The position numbers were made by a program, and so were the translations under genes. Shown here one piece after another: positions 12,401 to 24,659 of a DNA stretch of 64,000 nucleotides (the stretch's first letter is position 1; each line of letters opens with the position of its first letter). The stretch covers positions 186,001 to 250,000 of the forward strand of contig KZ537996.1 in the NCBI GenBank assembly GCA_000934665.2, written 5' to 3'. The notes beneath the pieces are model-generated. The model searched no databases, had not been told where the DNA came from, and saw only the letters and a program-made list of their open reading frames with translations. The stretch comes from Catajapyx aquilonaris (lineage: Eukaryota).

Positions 12401-14187
12401 CGATCCGTCCATTTGTGCAGCTCAACCCCCCACCGTGTCCACTTTGTCACCACCCATGCATGCGGACATTTCCACCATCCCCTCGCCAACATAACTGTGC
12501 TTTACTGCCAATCTAATTATTTCAAGGAAAACTAACTACTCTACTAATTGAAAGCGAACTCTTTTTGCACGATTGGGAAACATGGCTGCATGTATAGGAG
12601 GAGGGGCCAAGGGTCAAAATGTTGGGGCATGCAAGTGGAGTTGGAACATTGCTCAAGAGGCCATCCCTTTTTGTGACGCCGGCGCCAGAGAGCGTGAAAC
12701 TGGCCTCTGTCACACCATGCACATCTTACTCCCCTGAAGCCTTCTCCCAACACCAATTTCCCTTTGCAACTCACTAACCACTCTAGAATCTTTCTCCCTC
12801 GAGGGAAACGACCAATGCAATTTGGACTTCTCAGCCAAGTGTGCGAAGACTTTGACCCTCGTGTGTCACTTGCGGCATCTCTATTGCAACTTTAACAAAA
12901 TAATGCTCGGTTTTCCTACTGAATTATTACTCTATCGTAGAAATAGTAAAAAGCAAAAACATCTTGTACATGTTGCCTCTTTTCCCCAGATGTATAGATC
13001 CCATATAGGTACAGTTCCCCAGGCTATGGCTTATTTTCGGTGACTTCCTGGTTAATTAACAAGGCACCTTGTTCGGGGTTGTACGTTCAGTTAGTCAAAG
13101 AGCTATTTACATAATTATGACCAAGGAAGTCGTTTGTATCTGCTCTGCTCCGGTCATTGGTCATGCGCCATGAGCCACAACCTCCACAAAACCGGGAGGA
13201 AACGAGGTACACCACGAGCCTAAGTGGACAATAAAATTTGCATGAAGTGAGTGCAACCATAGAGGACTAAAAGTCCGGGTCACGTTCAGTACAGGGGTGG
13301 AGGGAAGGGACAATATTTTTTTCTTCCAAATGCAGGTGACGAAAGACACATCATCTGAAACCTAAAATACTCAAGTTTTGAGGGGTTGGCGAGTTCTGAA
13401 AACATCTTCTAGCATCCCCCCTATATGCTTCAGCCCTCCCAGACATGGCGGAGCGAATGGAATGGCTTCCCTGCGTTGTTCTAAGGGGTCCCAGGACGCG
13501 TAAATCGTGCATGGTAAAACAGTAAAGCCACAGACGAAAAGGGTGAACGACATCAATTCGCCAAGAAACCTTTCAGCGAGGCGAATTATTTATAGGAGAA
13601 GCTAGGCAGTGATATATTCTAGCTTCCTCCTTCTCAGTGACAGAAATAGGAGTGCGCCATCATGAGAAGGACGGTAGAGAGGAGGGGGAGGACTCAACCG
13701 AAACACTGCTGATTGGAATATGTTCCACACCATTTGTTTTCTTAACGAAGAAATGGGAGCCGGACGTCACGTAAAGCCACACACTGCAGATTTGTTTTCC
13801 ACGGACCAAATGGTGTTATCGGAGTAATTTTTGGGGTTTCTTTCATGCCAGCAGAGAGGGCGCCACGATGGTGAATTTTAATAACAAAATTCAAGACGGT
13901 CTTATATGCTGGTGTGCATTACTCACTCCTGCAGACATGCCCTAGACATTGGACCTGTGTATTTTGGACAAGCTCCAGGCATCTCAAATTTCATGGGCTT
14001 CTAGAAGCTACCATTCCCCAAAATAAATAATGATTAATGAGGATATTAAGCGGGACGGGAAAACACTGCAAAGATTTCAGTGGGGGGGCCAAGGATCTCA
14101 ACAGCATCGCAGACTCACTTTTTTTTGGGAATGACTCTGAATGTCTTAACACCATTAGGACAGCTGACTTCTTCCTATACATTTTTG

Positions 14188-14245
14188 TGGCCACCAGATC
14201 AACAACTACAAACTGTGCAGTTTGTAGTTGTTGATCTGGTGGCCA
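14188..14245. repeat. Perfect inverted repeat, 28-bp arms with 2-nt spacer
   Basis: TGGCCACCAGATCAACAACTACAAACTG-TG-CAGTTTGTAGTTGTTGATCTGGTGGCCA. Confidence 0.97.
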
Positions 14246-16389
14246 GAAACATCACGTTAATTGTAATAAAATTAATATGCACAGCACATGGTGAACCCAT
14301 ATGAGCAGGCCATTATCCAGGCTGTAGGTCGAACACTTTAAAAAACAGTTATTTAAGATTTAGTGAGTCTTTTCACGGCCAAGGTGGGAAGTGGACCAAT
14401 GTTGTGAAAATGTTCCATATATTGTATATATGAATTTAGCGTTGAGTACACTAGGAAGATAGCCCAGTTTTGATAATAACCTACTCGCATATTATTTTGA
14501 AGTAATAGCGAGTTCCAAGGCTTTCTCTAGAACTAAAGATGACGAATTAGGTGCGCAAGTGCAATAGCCTTATTGAGGTAGGCCAGCCTTCATTTGTGTT
14601 TATCTAAATGTGGTCCATTAACCGTCAGAACGCGATCATCCGTCGGAGAGTTGATCCTATTTTTGCACTGATCCGGGCTTTTCGAAGCTATAGTTTGGCT
14701 GGGGAGGGAAGAGAGGAGCTATGTTTGCGATAGCAGCCAAAGGGGGAAAGTGAAAGGGTGGGGAGAGTGGGGGGGGGGGGTCGGATAGTGGTTNGAATTC
14801 GCTTCGTTTCCAACGTTTGCATTTGAGCCGGGGCGGGGCCCCCCTATTTTAGCCACCCCCGCCTCCCACCACTTTCCAACCCTCCCTCCCTCCCCAAAAC
14901 CCGAATTCGTTTCGTTCAAAGTGCGCTAAGGATATAGCCTAAAAGGCAGCAGTTTGAACTGCTCTTATCGTCCCGTTTACACTGACACTTAATCTGATTA
15001 ATAGCCTGATAAGAACGGCATAGGTGTAAAATATGAAAGACATTTACTTTTGTCGCTATATCGAGAAGAGCTGATTATTCGGCTTCCATTGCGCTTCTGC
15101 TGGGAGAAGGGATTTCCACCATCCCCCCCCCCCCCTCTATAGTGAAAAGTGGTATTTTTTTAGAGGGTAGATGTGGGGTTTATAGAGGAAGCGGGAGAGA
15201 GTAAGTTAAGTAGTGGCACCTAGCGGACAAGAGGTGCACTGTCGTCAAAAGAGGGGGCTGTAGAGCCGGAGGTAATGGCGTCACTATGGGCCATGAATAT
15301 CACCTTTTATTCTTTGTCGCTTCATAACGCATTTCATTACAACACGCGTCCCAGAGTAGCGGTGCGAATCGCTCGACAAATGCGACACTCAAACCGTTTC
15401 TAAAGCTGTTTGTTGCAAATTTAGGAATTGAGTAGCAGTCAAAATGAAGTTCTTTGAATCCAGATACGGTTGCTTCTCTGACCGTAACTGTTCCGGGGGG
15501 GATGGTGAGACGGAAGATTGTGGTTTTTCTGGATTTTTTTTGCGGGTGCATCAGCATATATCTATATGAAGTGATATAGCTTCAAGCGTTATACAATAAA
15601 TTTTGATTTAGAAATGAATCCAATTTCTAACAATCAATCTAATTTAATAGGTGATATATACAGCTAAGCCTAATTAGCTGATTACTGATGGCAACAATTA
15701 CCCTCAGATACCGTTCATTATAATCGGGGATATGTATCCGCAAAAGGTGTCAAAACGATCATCAGCTATTTTTAATGAAATTTTATCGTTAAAATTATAT
15801 ATCAGCGTCCAATTTGGGTGAAATACGTGCTTAAGAAATTATCAAATTATGATAAAAAACCAACAGTAGTTAAATAATCTCTTCAACATATAATAATTGA
15901 ATGTGACAATAGTTTTCCTCCTCTGCATTATGGCCGTTGATGAATTAGTTGCTTATGCTGGCGTGACTATCAAATCTAGCCATTATCAGCCAATCTAATA
16001 ATATAAACATTATGAAGAGATTTTTCTTGTTATTGTGTGGATATAATTCAGCGTAATAAAATGTTGTGCAGTACATTGTCACCACGTCACGCAACCCTGC
16101 GATTATCATTGTGCGGCACACCCCTGAAAGGGATGTCTAACTTTCAGGATATAGTATTTCTTCCTTTTCAGACGTCTGCAAGATGAAAAGATTAACTCGA
16201 CTTTTCTAAAACGAAAAGAATGGCGTATCAAATAAAAACTGATCATGTTCATAGCTTACCAAAGATGATATACACACCAAACGATATCATAATGCATGTT
16301 GTGTTTGTGCCCGTGAAATATTAATAATTAAAGTTGTTCAGGTTATGGGTTATTCAAACATGCCAACAGTGCTGCAGATTGTTAACTGC

Positions 16390-16390
<1 letters not shown>

Positions 16391-16468
<78 letters not shown>

Positions 16469-16488
16469 TAATAAAAATAATAATAATA
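16391..16488. repeat. (TAA)n microsatellite, interrupted at its right end
   Basis: Direct reading; abuts the 5' end of a family B SINE head. Confidence 0.97.
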
Positions 16489-16492
16489 GAGA

Positions 16493-16585
16493 AGGGAGGT
16501 GGAGTGGTGCTGCGGTAACGTATGCTCCCACGGATGTTAAGGTCCCGGGTTCGATCCCCCCCCCCCCCTTCATCTCGTGCAGAGT
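16493..16585 (+). mobile_element. tRNA-derived SINE, family B, 3'-truncated head
   Basis: A-box-like TGGTGCTGCGG and B-box GGTTCGATCCC. Near-identical to the reverse complement of 46050-46150 up to CATCTCGTGCAGAGT. Confidence 0.8.
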
Positions 16586-16983
16586 AATTTTCGTGCATAA
16601 TATACCAGCTGAATTTCATGCAATGAACAACAAGAAAATTATCAAACTATGAATGAAGAACCGCCCGAAGAATTCTCAGTTAAATGATTTTCAAGACTTT
16701 GGGGAACACAAATAGTGCGTCGAAAAATATTGCAACGACTCGTCCATGCAGCTGTTCCTTTTCATGGTTTTTTTAGAGTGGGATTTGTTTGGTATTGATG
16801 ATGTCTGCCTGGCATACTGCGCTTGGGGTATGATGGGCACAACCTGGGCGTAAACAGCAGTATGTAACTGGCAGCAGAAACCTAATATTTTTAGCATTAG
16901 CTACAAAAATAAAGCCATTCAGTGTTCTATTCATATACTTATATACCGACCCCATATATAACTTACTCTATATTTGTCATATA

Positions 16984-17140
16984 CAGGGTGTTCGCATGTA
17001 CTATGGGGCTCAAATTGTTTTGGCCACTTTATCCTGGTCTTGAAGCAACCCTTCACACACACCTCCTCACCGTGGGACTGTGCGAAGGGCTGCTTCAAGA
17101 CCAGGATAAAGTGGCCAAAACAATTTGAGCCTCATAGTAC
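16984..17140. mobile_element. Tc1/mariner-type MITE lacking the outermost right terminus
   Basis: TA|CAGGGTGTTC start; about 60-bp arms GTACTATGGGGCTCAAATTGTTTTGGCCACTTTATCCTGGTCTTGAAGC... and ...GCTTCAAGACCAGGATAAAGTGGCCAAAACAATTTGAGCCTCATAGTAC. Confidence 0.8.
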
Positions 17141-17391
17141 GCAGGGCTGTGGTCAATGATGCTGGATCTCAAGCAGCATCTGCTGTCGCTTTTGAATCCG
17201 CGGGCCGCTAGGTGGCATGTATCGAAGTTAAGATTAATGCAAGATGATTTAAGCTAATAGCTTCCATTTCAGCTAGCGAATTTTAAAGTTATTTTCGCAG
17301 CTATTAATCACAGGTTCAATGGAAGAAGCTTTTCAGGCCATGACCCGCAACTTTCTAGAAGTAGTAAAACTATCTGCTAGCTACAATTATA

Positions 17392-17605
17392 CAGGGTGTC
17401 CACAATGAACCTGCCCAGTTTAAACTTGCCACCATTGCGTAAGTTACTGGATCATGGTGTCGAAATTGTACACATGCGAAGGAACACTCATCAAGTTTAT
17501 TTAAAAAATCAGTAGCCTTCCACGTGTGGTCCTTTAGTAGCAATAACTATTTTAAGCCGATAATCTGCCTCCTCCGAGGTTCTCTCCGTTATGTCAGGGA
17601 CATGA
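17392..17605 (-). pseudogene. Decayed Tc1/mariner transposase 3' end with its terminal repeat
   Basis: Minus frame ending at 17509 reads HVPDITERTSEEADYRLKIVIATKGPHVEGY*. From memory this resembles the C-terminus of insect Tc1/mariner transposases (TPDML..xW.E..YRL..CR.T.G.HVE). TA|CAGGGTGTC terminus at 17392. Confidence 0.7.
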
Positions 17606-17819
17606 TGGAGGACATGTCATTATTTGGGCTGACCACTTTAGTTGCATACTCTCTGTATTGGAGTCGTGGAAATGCGAAATTTTAAGTATGTCCAGCACTT
17701 CTGTGATCGACTTAAGCTCGGATAACTACCACACAACTTGTGTTTTTCCCTTTGTATAGATACTATGTTTGCATCTTCCAACAGCATCCCCCACAGGAGC
17801 ACCACCGCATCCCATAGAC

Positions 17820-18130
17820 CAGTGGTTCCCAACCTGGGGGGCGTGAGAGGATTTCAGGGGGGGCGTGAGGCCATGAGAAATACGTAAAATAATGTAACAT
17901 GTTTCCGCTTGGCGCTGCTGGAAATATGAAGGGACCGACTTTTCTCCTTGCTTGTATCCGATGTGCTTACAGTGTATGAAGATTTCAAACTTTGTGACCT
18001 TGAACCTCCCAAAAAATTCCTTCTGTTGTTGCCCCTATTTCAACAGGTTTTCATTCCTCAGTTATAANGCATGAGTGTTTGGTGAAAACGAAAAGGGGGG
18101 CGTCATGACGAAAAGGTTAGCCTGCCCCTG
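17820..18130. mobile_element. hAT (Buster/Charlie-like) non-autonomous element
   Basis: Starts CAGTGGTTCCCAACCTGGGGGGCG after CCATAGAC (nnnTAnnn target). Repeated GGGGGGCGT(G/C)A subterminal motif. Degenerate right end AAAAGGTTAGCCTGCCCCTG; right TSD not conserved. Confidence 0.6.
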
Positions 18131-19696
18131 GACACACGCAGCAACACATACGACACCTTTTGTATGGGGATCGCCTGACTCGCGTGCCTGCAGTGGTTGC
18201 CAAGGGTGCAGGATACGAACATGATGTAAGGTGACAGTAATTTTACACAGTATCACAGCCTGGAAAATTTCCTGTCGGGTATAACGCCATATTCTGCAAC
18301 AATTGCAGCATACCGTGTAGCATGTCGGAAAGAATCAAATTACAATTTCACAAAATAATACGGATTGTTTCTGGTCATCACTGGTAACCCCATCTTGGGA
18401 ATATGCCGGGAGTGTAATGAATGAATGAACATAATAATATTCAGTTGCCATTTTATACGTGTGACATGATACCCTGAAAGCTATTGATTACGTTATATTG
18501 CATCCAAGACATTCACTAGCAGTATTTAAAACGCAAAAAATATATATCAACCTTTATAAATCATAAAATCTTTCAAACAGTCCCAATGGCAAAAAACCTT
18601 GTAAAGTCATCCTTGCGCACATTTACTCTATGACGAATCTGCCAGCATTAAAACCATTTTATGGCCCATGAATTTTGGATTCAGTGCCGAAAGCATTTAG
18701 GACTCAGTATCGTGGCACATGCCACCAGAATTGGACTATATCATGAAACATTTCATAGCACACCCTGCATTTTTTTCCTCCCTCACTCTCTCCAGTACAA
18801 AGTGCAAATAGCGGAAAACTGCGGGGAATGTAGTGCGCCAAGGAGAATGGCAAACAATCTTTTATTTGCAAGCCGCGTGGCCACAAAGTTGCACTGGGGA
18901 GGACACTGGTGCGGCTTTGGAGTGGGTGGGGAAAGAGTAGGGGGTGGCTGAAGGTGGATGCTTTTCCAAAACTACTAGGCTGCACTGGATTGGAGGGGGC
19001 CAAAGGAAGCTATTTGCAATTCCCCAAATGTTCTCTAAAGGCTGCGAGCAAACACACCAATGGATAACGAAATGGGGGCATTAGAGTTTAGTGATGGCGA
19101 CGCGGGAGAGTATCAATCTTCTTCGCTTCTTCGCTATACAGCCCCGGAAAAGGCGGAGAGAGAAGTTGGAGAATGGCGCTGGCATTAGAGGTAAATGGAG
19201 TGGTGTGCAATGGATCCGTGGCTTACTGGGGACCAACTCCCCAAACAGGGACAAGTCATAAATCTAATTTGCCAGAGATTTGGGCAGGAACGGAGAGAGA
19301 AAGTCCGGTGTGGCCCCCCGGAAAATCTCTCTCTCCCCCACCATCCCCCACCATCCCCCACCATCCCCTAGCCCAACCCACGATGCATTTCGTGTATTAG
19401 CATGCCAACGCTGCTGCCTTCCTTGCAAGCCCTCCGGAATAGGATTCGCACTCCCCTACACTTCATCTCCTCTCGAAAATGTTTCCCACACCCTTAGCTA
19501 TAGCCGCTTCGATGTTGTGGGAAATCTAGTCATGCAGCAGAGAGAAAGCATCACCAGACGTGTTTCTTACTACCAAGTCTACAGAGCCATACTGCACATA
19601 TTATCATGCTATAATAGAAAAAGATTATCAAAATCAGGCTGTCTCATATTGTGGTTACAGGCGTCAACTCAACGCGGAATTCCTATTTCTAATATA

Positions 19697-20059
19697 CAGG
19701 GTGAAGGGAAACTCGCGGACAATCGCCAGGTAGACTGATAGTACTCGTAAAACTAATATAGGGATGTGCAATTAGTTTTGGACTCCGTTATATAGTTAAT
19801 GCATACGGCGCCGTCAAAGTTTCGTGACGTCACATTCGTTCCGCCAGCTTCAAGGAAGCAAAAGTTAGTTGCCTTAGTCCCCTAACACATCGTCCATGTG
19901 CAATAGGTGACCAAATCCCGGGTACGACATCCGTGCAACTTTGTCGTTTTACCTCGTATTTTACCATCCGGCCCTCTACACTTTCAAGGCGCCGTACTCA
20001 TTAACTACGCAACGGAGCCAAAAACTAATTGCACATCCCTATATTAGTTTTGTGAGTAC
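19697..20059. mobile_element. Tc1/mariner-type MITE, right end truncated
   Basis: TA|CAGGGTGAAG start; 19741-19820 (GTACTCGTAAAACTAATATAGGGATGTGCAATTAGTTTT...) pairs with 19981-20059. Confidence 0.8.
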
Positions 20060-20272
20060 AAAAATTGACATTAGCCCTATGTAATCCATAAAAAAATTGT
20101 GCTCCAAAACCTTCCCCTGCTCCCGAAAATTTGGAAAGGGCTAAAAATGAGCCCTATATTTTGGAGAATTTGCAGAATTTGGACTGCGCTACTTAATTTG
20201 GACAGCACAAAGTGTGGGGATTACACATTAGGCCCTGGGGCAAGGTCACCTGCTGTATTCCCAAGCAGAAAA

Positions 20273-20393
20273 TATTTGCAAAACTATAGTAAGGATGAAA
20301 GTCGCATGCATGCACTGCACTAATTCCCGCAGACTCAGGGGGGATTAGTGCAGGTCATTGATGCAACTTTCACCCTTACTAGTTTTGCAGATA
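20273..20393. repeat. Imperfect inverted repeat, probably an old MITE core
   Basis: TATTTGCAAAACTATAGTAAGGATGAAAGT...TGCACTAATTCCC pairs with GGGATTAGTGCA...ACTTTCACCCTTACTAGTTTTGCAGATA. Confidence 0.7.
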
Positions 20394-20550
20394 GAGTGTT
20401 TCTCCATGGGACGGCATACCTGCTCAGTGAAAAGACTCACTACATCTGAAATTCCTGTTTTTTAAAGTGTTTGACCTGAAACAGCCTGGTTTTGATAATG
20501 ACCTTCTCATTTATTTTCATAATTACTACTTAAGACATTCAAGTAACCAT

Positions 20551-20629
20551 AGCAAAATGATACTTTCGTGCATTTTCTAATAAAAAATGATACTTTCTTG
20601 GATTTTCTAATACAAAATGATACATTCTG
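20551..20629. repeat. 30-bp minisatellite, about 2.6 units
   Basis: AGCAAAATGATACTTTCGTGCATTTTCTAA / TAAAAAATGATACTTTCTTGGATTTTCTAA / TACAAAATGATACATTCTG. Confidence 0.9.
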
Positions 20630-21772
20630 CCACACCTCCTTATACACAACAGCCATTTAAAATAACGACATAATCCACCAGGCTCGTAACAGTTTGGCAA
20701 ACAAATTGATGACCTCCCAGTTGAGTGATCGCGTAACTTGAATCCCACACATTGAGCCTCCCTTCTCGCACCTTTTTGACTAAATAGAGTGCCCGAGAAT
20801 GAAGATGTACGCGCTATTTCAGGTCGTTCCGCAAGACGAGTAGCGGTCACCGTATTGGACAGAGAAGCCCCTCCTTGATATATTCCATGAGAGTAGCTCG
20901 GGAGTGGTACGGGTATGTCGCAACAAGCTCGTCTCATGTAACACGCATCCAAGAAGCGAGACGCTCCCCAAAACCCATTAGACGGAAGTAACTTTGCCAT
21001 TACGGAGAACGATGGTCACTGTCCATTAATTTCGGGGACTGGGGGATCTTCCAACGCCCCGTTTCCTCCACTACAAGGCCACCTTCCATAACGGCTGCTA
21101 CATTTTACTTCCTCTTTGCCATCCTCCCACCCTCTCCCCACTCTCTTTGCCCTGCCTCCCCCTTTCCCTTTTTCATCCCAAAAACATCTTATCTCTGGGC
21201 TCAAGACTCAAGCTATAGAACATTTTCCTTCTTTCAGGAGAGTACAACCACTCACATCTTTTTATCGGTGGTTTAGGCATATAAAGGCTCCGCAATAAGA
21301 TAAAATTGCCAGGTTATTGTCCTTTATTAATTGTGCAGAGTAATGCAATTATTTTAAAAAGTTTTATGCAATATGGCGTAATGAGAATGGCAAGGAAATA
21401 CATATATAAGATGCCCACCGTGTCGGTGAAGAGGTGAACATCTCATCATATTACTGTAACAGCTATTTGCTAACAGTAAAATTTGCTTCAGCACTTTGTT
21501 GTGTATGGGAAATGATATCGTGACTTAATAGTGTGTATACTTATGTCTGAGATTTTGGCATTTGCTCAAATTTTCTAGCGCTTCTAGCGTACAATGCCCA
21601 GCGGGGTTATATAGTTGCAGTTTATTACATGTGCTCAAAATCTGGGCCCTAGAAAGTTGATAAATATGTCAACTTATACAGTGAAAATAAACACTATGAT
21701 AGTCTTAGCAGGCTTTTCCAGAGATGTTTTGTTGAACTTCATTTTTTGTGTAATATCATTGGACATATTGAA

Positions 21773-22203
21773 GGGCTTACTGCAACAATGGGCTAACCCA
21801 CAACGTATAGTCGTAATGGTGGAAATGGATAATATTCCTTACTAGCAGCGGAACTCTTTCTTCGCAAGGCCTGTTTCTATTGTAATGTAATCAACAAAAA
21901 TAAATCATTGTTGATAGCATACACCATTGATGTATTGTTGAGTGTCATTGTTGCCATGTTATTGTTACCATGGCAATAACGAAACCCGAAACGTTAGCAG
22001 CATGGAAACCGGTTGTCTTGAAAACAGGTTGACATGGAAACCAAACCTGGGCAATGAAACAAACAAACTTTGCCTTTTATAATAATAATGAAGATTCATG
22101 ATCTTCAACTTGTATTATGCAAGTAATTCTCCCATCACTTTAAAGTTAGTTTATTTTTTCCGTTTTTACAAAATGCAGGTTAGCCCATTGTTGCAGTAAG
22201 CCC
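21773..22203. mobile_element. Non-autonomous DNA transposon with perfect 26-bp TIRs, superfamily uncertain
   Basis: GGGCTTACTGCAACAATGGGCTAACC ... GGTTAGCCCATTGTTGCAGTAAGCCC. No intact TSD. Interior resembles 40670-40790. Confidence 0.82.
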
Positions 22204-24576
22204 ATAGTTATCACCTTTGTATTCATCCTAAATCCGTATGCAATCCGTGCATCAATCCATGACGCTGCATACACTGCAGGCGGTAAATGAAATTTTCCAA
22301 GTCTCCTGAACAGGCGTCATTTGCAGAAATATGTACGAGTATACTCCATATCAGCCAAAGGAAAACAAATAAGGCTTAGTTTATGTCTATCGGAAATATG
22401 GTAACAAAATACAGGGTGACCCAAAAGTCCGGACACATATTGATATTATTGGTGATGCTGTAAAGAAGATTTATTTTATATAGAGTTTTACTTTCGCCGG
22501 ATGATATCTGTACGGCATTGTTACAAGATATTAGATATAATTATAACTTAAACAGAGTGGTTAACCGATTAATCAAATTTGCATAAAAGCAACATGCAAA
22601 ACATCTCATAGCCCTGTATTAATCAATAACTGTTATTATTTTAAAAGCTACTGCTTGCAAGCCTGGAACTTTTTAAAACATACAGACTAGAATGACCATT
22701 GTCACACCTCACTATATGCTGAAGAAAATGCCACATTTGAAAATGCCATATATTTACAACCGTATTCTCTTTTTTATAGAAGAAAATCATCCTACTTGAG
22801 GCTGTATGGGAAACAAACCCCGCAAAAAATGGCTTGAAAACTACCGAGCTGGTTATGATTTGTGACAACACCTGTACGGTATGTATATTACTATTGTTGC
22901 TGCTGTTGTTGTTATTATTATTATAGCTACAAAAAGGTTAGCGGAAATCTACGCATGAAAAATGGCAAATGTGCCAAAACAGCAGATCAAATTGAAAACT
23001 TCAGGATTTTTGTGGGGGTATTAAAATGGTCAGGAGTTGGCTTTCATAGTTTTCAACATAATTTAGAACAAATTTAACTCGAACAAAATGCATTGAAACC
23101 TAATTTGTTACACACACCCTTATTTTATAGTTATAGTCTTGAATCATTACATCCATCGATCCTCTACATTATTATTACTGAAAAACCCAGCAGGCAAGTT
23201 GAGATATTCAATCTAATTCCCCAATGGTGTCAGCTCAAACTTGAGCCTGTAGATACATTTTAATCTTAGCTCCTCAAAATGAGGATATCATGTGAGGAGC
23301 AGGATGGCGACAAAAAGAACACGTGTCACAGCATTATGCAAATGAGGCGCCCAGGGCCGATTGGTTAGGGAGGCTGGTATAGGGAGCAAAATACCAGCTG
23401 TTACAGAATGCATTTTGTTTTTTTTTTAAAAAAAATGATTAAAGTGCAATCGGTAGAGGGAGGCTGGGTGTGGAAGGAAGAGTGATTTAGATGCAACTTC
23501 GCAGGTATTGTTATGAGAAAAAATCCCTCAAGGCACCCCCTTGCAACACCTGGGCAACGACACCAAATTAGAGGCTTCCCAAGAAAAATGGGTTCTTTCG
23601 TTTCCCAAAATTCCCAGCCCCTTCCTCCATCCAATGCGTGCCGTGACTTGCTCAGCGCCATTTTTCGTACACCCTCTTATGTATTATAAGTCCGTAGGGC
23701 TTCTTTTTTTAATGACCCACGATTCCCCAATATGTTAATTCAATCCAAAGTAGAAGAAGCAAAGACCAAAATAATGAGGGTTGTCAGTTGGAAACATAGC
23801 GTCTCTTGTTTCTCCCCCCCCCCCTCCCCCCATCCTGGGAGCAGTAGAGATAACGCTTCCCAAACGACACGCACCGCATAATTCAATCTTCAAGTCCCCC
23901 CCTTTATCCGCCCAGATGACGTAACCAATACAATTTTTGTATTTTCCTACAACACTGGGCAGGGCCACCATTTATTTTTTTTTCAAGCAAGCCTCCACCC
24001 TTTTCCGGAACTTCCAAATGGTCGGAATCCGTTTGGTTACTTTCCAAAGTCACGCTCCACTGCTTGAGCTAATCAGCTAAAATTCTCGTTAATAAAAAGT
24101 AACCTGGCGCCATTTTGAGTAAGGGGCCAACATGGCTTACAAGGCTCTTCCCTAGATGCGGCCATGTTTTATATGTCTTTTCCCCAACCCCTTCCGGAAG
24201 AGCTCATCACTGCACCCACGGAAGAGAGGGGTGGTGGAGGGGGGGGGGGGGAAGAGAAAAAGAAAACTCAAACCCAATTAGAGCCAGGAATATAAATTAC
24301 AGATTGTGTCCTGACTCAGTACGCATATACCACAGGCAACTGTAGGGAGCGGGTTGAGCCTTGTATATAAGGCTCCATGGATGCAGGGGGAAGCGTCATT
24401 TGGATTATCCGGGAGAAGAAGGGCCGGCTGGGCCCTAGGTCTGATTCAAATATTTAAATTAGGTTATGTATGTTTTCAAGGAGCTTCATCTTCTAAGGAG
24501 ATGGTTGTTTTGTTTTGACATTATTTTCAGGGTTAGACCCTTTGCAACAATATTTTTTGGGGAAATATTGGATGTG

Positions 24577-24577
<1 letters not shown>

Positions 24578-24659
<82 letters not shown>

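Noticed and set aside
14668..14690. GATCCGGGCTTTTCGAAGCT resembling miR-993 arms (also TACCCTGTAG at 41427, miR-10-like)
   Set aside because: Only partial matches and no precursor hairpin; the 41427 match is a transposon terminus. No known miRNA recognised by eye.
20539..21000. 153-aa ORF with repeated YHF.LEN.RK
   Set aside because: The repeat is simply the 30-bp minisatellite read on the minus strand; the rest resembles no family I know.
22712..22752. Hammerhead ribozyme-like CTGAAGA-stem-GAAA
   Set aside because: Stem II lacks the G-C closing pair and there is no stem III or UH cleavage site; explained by a local GAAAATGCCA repeat.
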